Virus record (IMG/VR): IMGVR_UViG_3300035182_002389
Span: 1-64,000 of that record
Reading direction: 5' to 3' (one strand)
Origin: a virus
Taxonomy: Duplodnaviria; Caudoviricetes
DNA: 64,000 nucleotides
The position numbers and the translations under genes are program-made. Of the stretch, positions 55,302 to 64,000 are shown piece by piece (position 1 is the stretch's first letter; the number at the start of each line of letters is the position of its first letter). The notes under the pieces are model-generated. The model was not told the DNA's origin. It ran no database searches and worked only from the letters and a program-made list of their open reading frames with translations.

Positions 55302-55406
55302 ATGGCGTTCGCGTTTCAGAAGATGGACGTCTACCGGGCCTCGATGGAGTTCGTCTCCTTCGCGAAGCTCACTGAAGAAGAACAGGCCGCGCTCGGGATC
55401 CGCTGA
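55302..55406 (+). pseudogene. truncated four-helix-bundle (23S rRNA IVS protein / Avd-like) ORF
   Basis: Strong AGGAGG RBS; MAFAFQKMDVYRASMEFV resembles the family N-terminus F.F..LDVY..A.EF, then stops after 34 aa. Confidence 0.5.
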
Positions 55407-55744
55407 CTCATGCGCTTCAACAACGGTCTGATGGGCGACAAAGCCCCTTGCGACGACTGCAAGCGCCCGCGCAGTGAGCACGAGTGGCGATGTCGAAAGT
55501 GCGGGGCGCTCTCGGTCGAGAAGCATCCGTGCAACTGCGGCGCGCACTCGTTCCCGACGCCCGCGTGCGGGTGCAAGATCGGCAGCTCCCTCTACTGCGC
55601 GACTTCGGTGCGAAGGTTCACCGAGCACGACCGCCTCGAATGCGCGATGTACGACACGGTCGCGGTCAGTGCCGCGCTCGCGAAGCGGTGGCGCGACGAC
55701 ATGAAGTGGGAGCTGGACGAAGCCGCACGACTCAAGGATCTGCC

Positions 55745-56458
55745 ATGAAGTACAAATCGAGCCGGCCGGGCGGAGGGGGAGATTGCGCGACGTGCAAGCA
55801 GAGCACACTCGCACACGTGTGGCACTGCACGGGCTGCGGCAAAGAATCGAAGATCATTCGCCTGGACAAGCCCATGGCGGAGGCTGAGCCCGCGTGTTCG
55901 TGCGTCGACACTCTCATCCTTCCCTACTGCCCAAAAGACGTGCGAAGTCTGACTCAAGAGGACCTCGACGCCGACGATCTTCTGTCCGAGAAGCTCAGAC
56001 AACTCTTGTGCTTGGGCCCGGGGCCCTACGAGACCGCAATCTCGTGGATGCGATGGGAGCTGGAAGAGGTTGGACGGATGCGCGAGGAGATGGAAGAGAT
56101 CGCCCACCTTCGCAAAATGGAGGCGGCGCAGACCGACGAAGACCTCATCATGATCTTCCTTGGCGCGCTCTCCATCTTCCACGGCGCGACGACGGACGAA
56201 GCTTCCCAAACGTCGGCAAGCAAGAGCGTCGACGAGGCGCTCGATGCCCTTCGCGAGCGCATGAAGCGCCTTCGCGCGGTTGCCGTCGCCGCAAAGAAGG
56301 CGCGCCGCATCATCGAGTCTGAGGAGGATATTATCGACTCGTTGCGCGCGGGCTACGACGAAGAGAATGCGAGCCTCCGCTTCTCCAGGTTCCACGAGGC
56401 GCTCGCCGACCTGCGCGCGCACGACATGAATCCGATCGGATCGGTGAAACCAGCATGA
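55745..56458 (+). CDS. hypothetical protein with N-terminal Cys cluster
   Basis: CxxC..H.WHCxxC. Confidence 0.6.
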   Translation: MKYKSSRPGGGGDCATCKQSTLAHVWHCTGCGKESKIIRLDKPMAEAEPACSCVDTLILPYCPKDVRSLTQEDLDADDLLSEKLRQLLCLGPGPYETAISWMRWELEEVGRMREEMEEIAHLRKMEAAQTDEDLIMIFLGALSIFHGATTDEASQTSASKSVDEALDALRERMKRLRAVAVAAKKARRIIESEEDIIDSLRAGYDEENASLRFSRFHEALADLRAHDMNPIGSVKPA

Positions 56459-57399
56459 GTGAAAAGTCCGAAGACCCTCGCGAGGATGAAGGTCGCTGGT
56501 CGCGCTACCGACCGGGCGGCAAGGAGTTCACTTCGGAATCCGAAGTGCTCCGCAAATGCACGAAGTGTGGCCACTTCGAGTGCCCTTTCTGCCGCATTTG
56601 GTGCGACACCTTCATTGACCATGAGGACGATCCGTCCATCGAAGAAGGCGACCACGAGATGTGCTGTGATGGGGAGTGCACCTACGACAGAGAGCCCGAC
56701 CCGAGGCTTGACGCCTTCCTCGGCGCGCACGAAGGTCACACTCTCGGCGAGCGTGAGGACGGGGCCGTCCTCGCCTACGAAGAACCGCCGCTGACGCCCG
56801 AGGAGCTGGCCGAAAAGGCTGCCCAGAAGGCGCGCGACGAAGCGGAACGACTCCACAAGAGAACGAGGCGAGCCATGCGTGAAGTTCTGAGCAAGACGGT
56901 CAAGGCGGCGCTCAAGGCAGTGGGCAAGGACGGCACGGGGATCTACCTCGTCGTCGACTTCGGGGAAAAGGGCGTGATGAGCGCCATCCTCAAGGACGAC
57001 CAGGACCCGACGGCCCTCGACCGCATCCACAAGAAGATCGACGAGGATTGGGCCAAGCCGCCCTCGGCCGATGCCGAGCGCTCGACGACGGTCGTCGTGC
57101 CGATGGACGAGCGCATCACGGACTCGGTCGCGCCTCCCCCGGGCCCGATGAAGGCCGACGACCCGATGAAGGCGGACGACCCGCTGAAGCCCGCCTGCGA
57201 CGCCACCATCGCGTCTGCGAAGGACGAAGAGGCCAAGCGTGAGGCGCTCATCGAGCACGCGCGCGCGTGGGTCAAGGACCCCGAGAAGAACGGCGGTCTC
57301 GAATGGCTCCAGAACACGGGCGCGGACGCGCTCGCCGCCCTCTTCACCGTCATCGACCGCGAACCCGAAGCGCCGGAGTTCGACGCGGACAGAGGATGA
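56455..57399 (+). CDS. hypothetical protein with Cys cluster and MKADDP repeats
   Basis: ATGA overlap; coding-like. Confidence 0.65.
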   Translation: MSEKSEDPREDEGRWSRYRPGGKEFTSESEVLRKCTKCGHFECPFCRIWCDTFIDHEDDPSIEEGDHEMCCDGECTYDREPDPRLDAFLGAHEGHTLGEREDGAVLAYEEPPLTPEELAEKAAQKARDEAERLHKRTRRAMREVLSKTVKAALKAVGKDGTGIYLVVDFGEKGVMSAILKDDQDPTALDRIHKKIDEDWAKPPSADAERSTTVVVPMDERITDSVAPPPGPMKADDPMKADDPLKPACDATIASAKDEEAKREALIEHARAWVKDPEKNGGLEWLQNTGADALAALFTVIDREPEAPEFDADRG

Positions 57400-57533
57400 A
57401 ACCGCGTGTTTCATGCGGCAAAAACTGCATGAACACGTCAATGGCTTGACCCCTTATCTATTTTGTGAAAGCCTCGGTTTCGCGGAACGGGCGGACCTGG
57501 GCACGGAGCGCTTTTGGCGCGAGGGGCAAGAGC

Positions 57534-58175
57534 ATGAGCGTTCACATCGGAGACCGTTTCGGGCGCCTGCTCGTCGTCGCGAACGGTACGGAGGGGCCGA
57601 AGCGGATCGTCACGGTTCTCTGCGACTGCGGGCAGAAGCGCGAGGTCCAGGCCGGCAACCTCACGGTAGGGCACACGACCTCGTGCGGCTGCTATCGCGT
57701 CGAGCAGGTCAAGAAGGCGACCACGACGCACGGACACCGCGCGGGCGAGGACACGACGCCCGAGTACGAGGCGTGGCGAAGCACGATCGCTCGCTGCTAC
57801 GACTCCGCGTGCGAGTCCTTCCCCCACTACGGCGGCAAGGGCGGCGGCGTTTGCCAGGAGTGGCAGTCGAGCTTCGCGGCGTTCCTCGAAGATGTCGGTC
57901 CGAGGCCCAGCGAAGATCACGTCATCAGCCGTCGCCGGCGCGACGAAGACTTCACCAGGGAAAACACGTTCTGGGCGACGCGCGCCGAGGCGGCTCGCAA
58001 CAAGTCGACCACGCGCATGTATGAGGTGAACGGCGTGACCAAGTGCCTCGAAGATTGGGCGACCGAGTACGGCATCGGGAAATCAACGCTCCACTATCGG
58101 CTCAAGAAGGGGCTCTCGATGCGCGAGGCCCTCGATCTTGGGCATGGTCGGTCGGGCCGCCCGCTCCACGCGTGA
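57534..58175 (+). CDS. HNH homing-endonuclease-like protein, active site possibly degenerate
   Basis: GRLLV..CDCG..SCGC..EY.AW...RCY..YGG.G..VC.EW..F..FL.D.G.RP; the expected DRIDN region reads SRRRRD. Confidence 0.75.
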   Translation: MSVHIGDRFGRLLVVANGTEGPKRIVTVLCDCGQKREVQAGNLTVGHTTSCGCYRVEQVKKATTTHGHRAGEDTTPEYEAWRSTIARCYDSACESFPHYGGKGGGVCQEWQSSFAAFLEDVGPRPSEDHVISRRRRDEDFTRENTFWATRAEAARNKSTTRMYEVNGVTKCLEDWATEYGIGKSTLHYRLKKGLSMREALDLGHGRSGRPLHA

Positions 58176-58888
58176 GAAGAGGTCATGGACGAATCGAACG
58201 AACCGGACCAAGTCGTCATCCGCGTCTCGCGCGCGAAGCTGACGAACCTCATCGCCGCACGCGACGCGTATCGAAAGGCGCAGCGCGAGAACCACGAGCT
58301 GAGCGCCGCGTTCGAGAAGGCCGGCGAAGACCTCGACCACGCGACGATGGATCTTGTCGCCACCGTCGCGACTTCGATGCTGCTCGATGGCCTCGACCCG
58401 AGTGAGGTCCCCGAGGCCGAGCTTCAGCAGATCCGCGACGCGTACGACGCCGCCCTCAAGGTGCCGAGCCACGACACGATCCAAGAGCTGTTTCGGCTCG
58501 GCATCAACGCGCAGATCCAAGCGAACGCGCTCTCCAAACGCATCAACAAGCAGGAGCAGCTTCCGTGAAGCCGATGAGCGAAGAGGACCGGACCTCGTAC
58601 TTCGTGAAGCTCGCGTTCCTGAAGGGTCGAAGGGTCGCAACTCCATCCGAGGTCCCGAGGCGCGACTTCACCAATCCCGAGAACCGTCGCGCGAACGCGC
58701 GAGGGACCATCAAGGAGAACTCCAGCGGCCATGGGCTCTGCTTCCTCGTCGAGTACGACGACGGCGGCGAGGGGTGGTTCGATGCCGACGAGCTGAGCAT
58801 CGATCTGTCCGAGCTGATGGGGACCAGTCGGTGAGCGAGCGGTTCGCACAGCGGCGCTAAAACAAGACGAGACAAGACGAGACGAGAG

Positions 58889-58993
58889 TGGGGCTGCGCG
58901 CCCCACACCCGCGCCACCTGCGGTGGGGCTCCTGTTGGGGCTCTGCCCCAAACCCCGCTGAGGGGCGCTTCCAGCGCGCCCCTCAGACTCCCC
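58889..58993. repeat. Family B hybrid element (vWA-type left half plus inverted 3993-type right half)
   Basis: ccacctgcggtgggg joined to the reverse complement of gggagtctgaggggcgc..ggggtttggggcagagcccc; preceded by agacgagac repeats. Confidence 0.88.
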
Positions 58994-59025
58994 GCCGTTC
59001 AGATCAAGTGAAGGAGAGACCGTTC

Positions 59026-59421
59026 ATGGCTTCCAAGAAAATCACCCCCGCCGCGCCCCTGACCCCCGAGCAGCAGAGCAAGATGTTGGAGATCGCGGTG
59101 ACGGACGCTGTCGGTCACGCGATGGAGAACATTGTCGGCGCCCTGCCGAACGCCGTCTCGGTCGGCCTCGTCGTGAACTACATGACGCCCGCTGGCACCG
59201 AGGTGAAGAGCTTCCACGCGCTCGCCCAGCAGGGCGCGCACGACGAGAAGAAGGCAATGCTCGCGCTCGTCCAGAAATGGATGGAGCTGTCGGCGGAGCT
59301 GGCGAAGGCCGGCAGCCTGCCGAAGAGCGTCGTGCCCGTCGTCGAGACCGCCCTCGCGACGATCCGTGCGGCCTTCGAGTCGCCGGCGGCTACGCCCGTC
59401 GACGAGACGGAAGAGGCCTGA
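59026..59421 (+). CDS. hypothetical protein
   Basis: AAGGAG RBS. Confidence 0.65.
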   Translation: MASKKITPAAPLTPEQQSKMLEIAVTDAVGHAMENIVGALPNAVSVGLVVNYMTPAGTEVKSFHALAQQGAHDEKKAMLALVQKWMELSAELAKAGSLPKSVVPVVETALATIRAAFESPAATPVDETEEA

Positions 59422-59424
59422 GCC

Positions 59425-60126
59425 GTGGCCGACGCACTCGCCCTCTGCAAGCGGCAGATCCAGAACCTCACCCGCGGCTACGAGGCGTGCATGGCCTCGG
59501 GCTCGGACGACATCATCTACGTCGAGCGCCAGCTTCGCAGGCTCACGCGCCGGCGTACTTGGTTGCTCACGGACGCCGTGCGCCGCGAGCGCAAGCAGCT
59601 CGACATCCTCTACCGCACGGTCGATCAGATGCTGATGCTCGACCGCAAGCTCCCCGAGCCCGTGCGAGCCCCCGCCATCGCGCGCCTGCGCCGCCGCCAG
59701 ATGGCCCACAAGCGCACCATCAACCGCCTCTACGGCCCGTTCGCGGAGAAGGTGCAGCTCTCCTCCATGTACGACAAGTTCGAGTTCCAGAAGGAGGACG
59801 TTGCGAAGGCCGGAGAGGCCGTTCGCGCCTTCTACGAGGCCAAGCCCGCCGGAAATGGCGAAGTCGACATAGCGATCACCGTCGCCGTCAAGAAGGACGA
59901 CGGCGAACAGATCGAGGGCCGGTCGATGAACTACTACGACGTCTCGTCGAGCTTCCCCGAGGCGATGTCCTCCCAGAAGCCGAAGAAGCTCGTGAAGAAG
60001 GCCGCGACTTCCGACAAACCGGAGCCGAAGAAGCCGGCGGCGAAGAAGGCCGCGAAGGTCGAGGAGCCGGTGAAGAAGGCCGCGAAGCCAAAGGCGAAGC
60101 CAAAGGCGAAGAAGGAGGCACCGTGA
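59425..60126 (+). CDS. hypothetical protein with Lys/Ala/Pro-rich histone-like tail
   Basis: KKPAAKKAAK repeats. Confidence 0.65.
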   Translation: MADALALCKRQIQNLTRGYEACMASGSDDIIYVERQLRRLTRRRTWLLTDAVRRERKQLDILYRTVDQMLMLDRKLPEPVRAPAIARLRRRQMAHKRTINRLYGPFAEKVQLSSMYDKFEFQKEDVAKAGEAVRAFYEAKPAGNGEVDIAITVAVKKDDGEQIEGRSMNYYDVSSSFPEAMSSQKPKKLVKKAATSDKPEPKKPAAKKAAKVEEPVKKAAKPKAKPKAKKEAP

Positions 60127-60575
60127 GCAAGAGCATCGAGATCATCGACGGCGAAGACGAAGACGACATCCTCGCGAAAAAGCTCGCCGACGAGCTTGCT
60201 GTGGATGAGGAGAGGGTCCGAAAGAGCGGCAAGCGCATCTTCCGGGTCCGCGTCGTCCTCGAAACCGACGTCCTCGTGTTCGCGAAGGACGCGGAAGAGG
60301 CGTCCGATCTCGCTGAAATCCACTGGAACGGTTTCGGGGATCAAGAACCCTTCACCGACTACGAGCCCATCTCTTCGGAGGCCGAAGAGGTCGCGAACTT
60401 CTCACAGGTCGAAGACCTTCGAGACGTCCTGATGTTCGTTCCCGTCATCGACCCCAAGGACGAGATCGAGGATGAGATCAACGGTCTCGACTTCACTGTC
60501 CACGAGTACCTGCGCGCTCTCAAGGTGCCGGGAGAACCCGACGAATCGGACGAAGACGACGAGTCGGAGGAGTGA
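60123..60575 (+). CDS. hypothetical acidic protein
   Basis: GGAGG RBS then GTG. Confidence 0.6.
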   Translation: MSKSIEIIDGEDEDDILAKKLADELAVDEERVRKSGKRIFRVRVVLETDVLVFAKDAEEASDLAEIHWNGFGDQEPFTDYEPISSEAEEVANFSQVEDLRDVLMFVPVIDPKDEIEDEINGLDFTVHEYLRALKVPGEPDESDEDDESEE

Positions 60576-60980
60576 TGGAACACCCGACGTACATCCTGAT
60601 CGTCTTCATCCTCGCCGGGGTGTTCGCCGGGACCATCATCGCCACGATGTTCGTCTTCGCGTACCGCGAGCGCACCAAAGTCATCGAACGAGCCGGCCTC
60701 GATCAGAACGCCGCGCTCTACCGCATCGCCGCGGCCCTCACGCGTATGGAGCGGCCGTGAAGCTTGCGTGCCCGTGCTGCGGGCGAGAGGTCGAGGAGAA
60801 GGAGCGGCCCGGCCTCTTTCTCAACGCTCGCCTCTCGCTCCGTAGCGATCTCGTGCAGCTCAAGGCCACGATCGAGCGGCTGCCCACAAAGGGCGCCGAG
60901 GCCATTCGCGAAGTCCTCCAAGGTCGCTACGAAGCCCACGTTCAACGTCTCCGGCTGCTCGGCGACGCCTCGGAGATTGC

Positions 60981-61349
60981 ATGAACGAGGCGCCATTCGG
61001 CGAACATGAAGAGTGGAGGCCGATTCCTTCCCTCCCAGCCGGCTACGAGGCAAGCGATCTCGGGAGAATACGTTCCTGGCGACATCGAAAAGGAACCGCT
61101 TCGTCGCCTCTGATTCGCAAGCCTGTGAAACATACGAAGTATGGGCACATGTCGATGATGTTCTACGTCGACAAAAAGTTCGTATGCCGCCTCGTTCATC
61201 ACCTTGTTCTCGACGCTTTCGGCATTGCTCGACTACCCAACACGGAGACGCGCCACATCGACGAGTCGGGCGTCGATGCTGCCAAACGATGTGGCGTAAC
61301 GCCGGCGGTGATTACTCGTATTCGGAGAAGCAGAGGCTATGTCCGCTAG
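60981..61349 (+). pseudogene. internally deleted NUMOD4-HNH endonuclease
   Basis: EEWRPIP..YEASDLGRIRS and VHHLVL.AF..RHID joined directly to an HTH; HNH core missing. Confidence 0.65.
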
Positions 61350-62181
61350 ACCGTTCATCAAATACGTGGGGGGCAAGACGCAGCTTCTGCCAACGCTGCT
61401 CCCTCTCTTCCCTCCCAAGTTCAAGCGCTACATCGAGCCGTTCGTGGGCGGCGGCGCCGTGTTCTTCGCGCTCGCGGGAGAGAACCGATTCGAGGAGGCG
61501 GTCCTCAACGACTGGAACGCCGAACTGGTGCTTCTCTACGCCATCGTGAAGTTGGAGCCGGCAGCGCTCATGCGAGCGCTCGACGAGATCGAGGCGCAGT
61601 ACGTCAAGCAGCCGAGTGAGACCTACTACACAATCCGAGCGCTCGACCTGGCCGCGATGAGCGAAGTTGCGCAGGCGGCCCGCTTCATCGCGCTCAATAA
61701 AATGGGTTTCAACGGCCTGTACCGCGTAAACAAGGCGGGCAAGTTCAACGTGCCGTGGGGCAAGAAGGAGAAGGTCTCGACCTACGACGAGGCGAACATC
61801 CGCGACTGCTCGGCTGCGCTCCACCTCGCGACGGTGTTCGAGGGGGACTTCTCGCACGTGATGGACAGGGCCGACGAAGGCGACGTCATCTACCTCGACC
61901 CGCCCTACCTGCCCATCAGCGCGACGTCCGACTTCACCGCGTACACCGCCCGGGGATTCGACGTCTTCGCCCACGAGCGACTCGCGAACGTCGCGGAGGC
62001 CGCCGCGAAACGGGGAGCGCTCGTCATCGCGTCGAACTCCGACCACGCCGAGGTGCGCTGTCTCTACGAAGCGCGAGGGTTCTCCGTGACGGAGGTGCTC
62101 GCGAAACGCAACGTCAACAGCCAGGGCGACGGGCGCGGCAAGATCAAGGAGTTGGTCTTCGTGCGCGACGGGCGCGCGTAG
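61339..62181 (+). CDS. dam: Dam-family DNA adenine methyltransferase
   Basis: KYVGGK, YIEPFVGGGAV, ND.N, GFNGLYRVNKAGKFNVPWG, YLDPPY. Confidence 0.92.
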   Translation: MSARPFIKYVGGKTQLLPTLLPLFPPKFKRYIEPFVGGGAVFFALAGENRFEEAVLNDWNAELVLLYAIVKLEPAALMRALDEIEAQYVKQPSETYYTIRALDLAAMSEVAQAARFIALNKMGFNGLYRVNKAGKFNVPWGKKEKVSTYDEANIRDCSAALHLATVFEGDFSHVMDRADEGDVIYLDPPYLPISATSDFTAYTARGFDVFAHERLANVAEAAAKRGALVIASNSDHAEVRCLYEARGFSVTEVLAKRNVNSQGDGRGKIKELVFVRDGRA

Positions 62182-62190
62182 GAGGTCGTC

Positions 62191-62736
62191 GTGCCCTCGC
62201 TCTTTGCGGTTCTCACCGTCATCTTCGCGATCTGGTTCTTCTTCGGCGATGTCGTCGACGCATGGCTGCTGCTCACGATCAAGGAACGCCTGAAGGCGCG
62301 CGACGCAAAGAAGAAGGCAAAAGCGCTCGCCGACTCCATGGCCAAACCGAAGGACCATGGCCGCTGGCGCGTACTCGGCCGCTACGTGATCAAGTCCGAG
62401 AGCGCGCCGAAGACCTTGAGGGCGCCGAAAGAGAAGCGCAACTACCGCATCGGCCGCGACGCGTTCGGGCGCTACACGAGGGTCTACGAGACGGATGCTC
62501 CGCACGACCCGGAGCACCTCGCGCGCATCGAGGCGGAGCTGGACGCCGAGCTGTCGGGGCGCCGCGTCGACGACGAGGTCAAGAAGCTCTACCAGCCCAC
62601 CAAGAGCGCGTCTTCGCCGTTCATTCGCGTCGTCGAGAAGTTTCCGACCGACGTGGTGCAAGGCGACCTCATCGTCCGCCGCGGCGTCTACTACATGTTC
62701 GACGGCGGGCGCTTTCAACGGATGGACAAGGAGTAG
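62191..62736 (+). CDS. membrane-anchored hypothetical protein
   Basis: N-terminal TM. Confidence 0.6.
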   Translation: MPSLFAVLTVIFAIWFFFGDVVDAWLLLTIKERLKARDAKKKAKALADSMAKPKDHGRWRVLGRYVIKSESAPKTLRAPKEKRNYRIGRDAFGRYTRVYETDAPHDPEHLARIEAELDAELSGRRVDDEVKKLYQPTKSASSPFIRVVEKFPTDVVQGDLIVRRGVYYMFDGGRFQRMDKE

Positions 62737-62985
62737 CTCGTGAACGTCGCCGACCTGATGCACCAGCTCTCGAAGCTGCCGCCGCACTACAAGGTGTTCT
62801 TCGCCGATCCGGGCGGCCGAAGCGCGCCCCACCAAGTCGCGCCCGTCCACGGTCTTCGGCAGGGCCACTATCTGAACTACGACGGCCATCAAGTTCTGCC
62901 TGCCGCCGCGGCCGACGACCCCGAGGACGAGGTCGACGCAGTGGTGTTTCTCCGCGTCGCGCCTGAAGAGAAGAGGCGCTGAACC

Positions 62986-63903
62986 ATGAGCTTCACCGAA
63001 CCTCCCAAAGCCCATGCGGAGCCCGTTGCCACCGACGAAGAGCCGGCGAAAGAGCGGCACGGCAAGCTTACCCTCGTCGAGCCGCTGTTCATCGACCCCC
63101 GGCGCCGCTGCAAAATCTACCTGTGGCGGTGCGACTGTGGCAACGGCGTGCGCGCTTCGTTGAAGGACGTCCGCCACAAGCTCATCGCCTCTTGCCCGTC
63201 GAAAAGGTGCACGGGCGCGATGACTCCAAAACGCGTTCGTCGCGCGCCCGAGATCATCGCGTCGGCGCCCGAGATCATTGCGCCAGCGCCCAAGGCAGCA
63301 CCAGCGCCCAAGGTTGCGCCAGCGCTTGACTCTTCGCCGCCGACTCCCGATCGAGTGAGAAGCAAGAAGGTTGCGAGCAACGCCGAGCCCTCCGAGGTCG
63401 CCACGCGGTTTCAAGCTCTTCGGCGCCGCAAGCACTTCCTCGATCGCCTCCACGGCCTCCTTCAGCAGTACGAGCTGACCGTCGATGAGCAAGAGCAGCT
63501 CCTCTACGATCTCCTCTTCGACGTCACGACGCCCTCGAACGGGGCCGCACCTTCCACCGCTGCAACCCCTTCGGATGCGGCTCCGGCTCCGATCTTTACG
63601 CCCAAGGCGTCCTCGTGGCGCCTCATACCACCAACGTTCCCGCCTGTTAGGACCACCTTTCCCCCGATCCCGCGGTATCACGTCCTCGAATACTTGGTCC
63701 GCGAGGGGTGCACGAGGACTGCGGATGAGATGACCGTCGCCTTCTTCGGCGTGAGCCGATGCGACGTCCGATCCCGCGTCAAGACGCAGATCAAGGCCCT
63801 CTTCACCGCGGGCTTTTTGGAGCGCGTCGAAGACGGGTGGCGCGCGACGGAAAAGGGACGCAATCGGATCCACAACACATACGACTGGAAACGCTCGCTA
63901 TGA
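62986..63903 (+). CDS. protein with CxCxC zinc module and C-terminal winged helix
   Basis: GKLTL..WRCDCGN..SC; LEYL..TADE..F.AGFLER...W..TEKG. Confidence 0.65.
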   Translation: MSFTEPPKAHAEPVATDEEPAKERHGKLTLVEPLFIDPRRRCKIYLWRCDCGNGVRASLKDVRHKLIASCPSKRCTGAMTPKRVRRAPEIIASAPEIIAPAPKAAPAPKVAPALDSSPPTPDRVRSKKVASNAEPSEVATRFQALRRRKHFLDRLHGLLQQYELTVDEQEQLLYDLLFDVTTPSNGAAPSTAATPSDAAPAPIFTPKASSWRLIPPTFPPVRTTFPPIPRYHVLEYLVREGCTRTADEMTVAFFGVSRCDVRSRVKTQIKALFTAGFLERVEDGWRATEKGRNRIHNTYDWKRSL

Positions 63904-64000
63904 CAGAAGCCAGCGCTGAGATTCGAGAGTTGATCGCGCGCGCAGAGCGCCGCCGCGTCGTCGCCGCGCATCTGCGCAAAGCCTTCAACACCTCGACGCT

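Noticed and set aside
1-64000. tRNA, rRNA, integrase, transposase, terminase and stop-codon reassignment
   Set aside because: No cloverleaf or T-loop/CCA pattern, catalytic motifs or systematic in-frame stops recognised by eye; tRNAscan-SE and HMM searches would be needed to exclude them fully.

Overview
This 64-kb, GC-rich window reads as part of a large bacteriophage genome. It has about 130 mostly short, tightly packed + strand genes (frequent ATGA/GTGA overlaps, GGAG-type RBSs) and no host housekeeping operons, rRNA, tRNA or CRISPR array that I can see. Recognisable genes: dNMP kinase, ThyX, MazG-like pyrophosphatase, family-B DNA polymerase, Dam methylase, RtcB, an intein-containing nucleotidyltransferase, ATP-grasp protein, vWA protein, DEDD exonuclease, metallophosphoesterase, FtsH-type M41 peptidase domain, MarR regulator and decayed HNH genes. 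A mostly minus-strand block at about 42.6-51.3 kb holds virion-like genes: four paralogs with an N-terminal CPxCxxxH motif, membrane proteins and three ADP-ribosyltransferase-like genes. No terminase, portal or tail gene is recognisable. The most striking observations are: (1) the DNA polymerase is interrupted inside catalytic motif B (LNS-L/YGKFG) by a 65-nt frame-breaking hairpin bracketed by two Leu codons, a candidate for ribosomal bypassing or RNA-level excision; (2) three modular families of palindromic repeats built from cGNAg mini-hairpins, hexamer arms and G-run hairpins are scattered through the window and sit in-frame inside at least five genes, and one copy abuts a four-helix-bundle gene remnant; (3) a roughly 97-nt structured RNA candidate with three CTTTAG motifs lies behind an extended -10 promoter; (4) a palindromic GGCTT-N5-AAGCC operator candidate and a TGGTAnnnT promoter motif recur. 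All functional calls come from motif recognition by eye; no database searches were run. Host is unknown.
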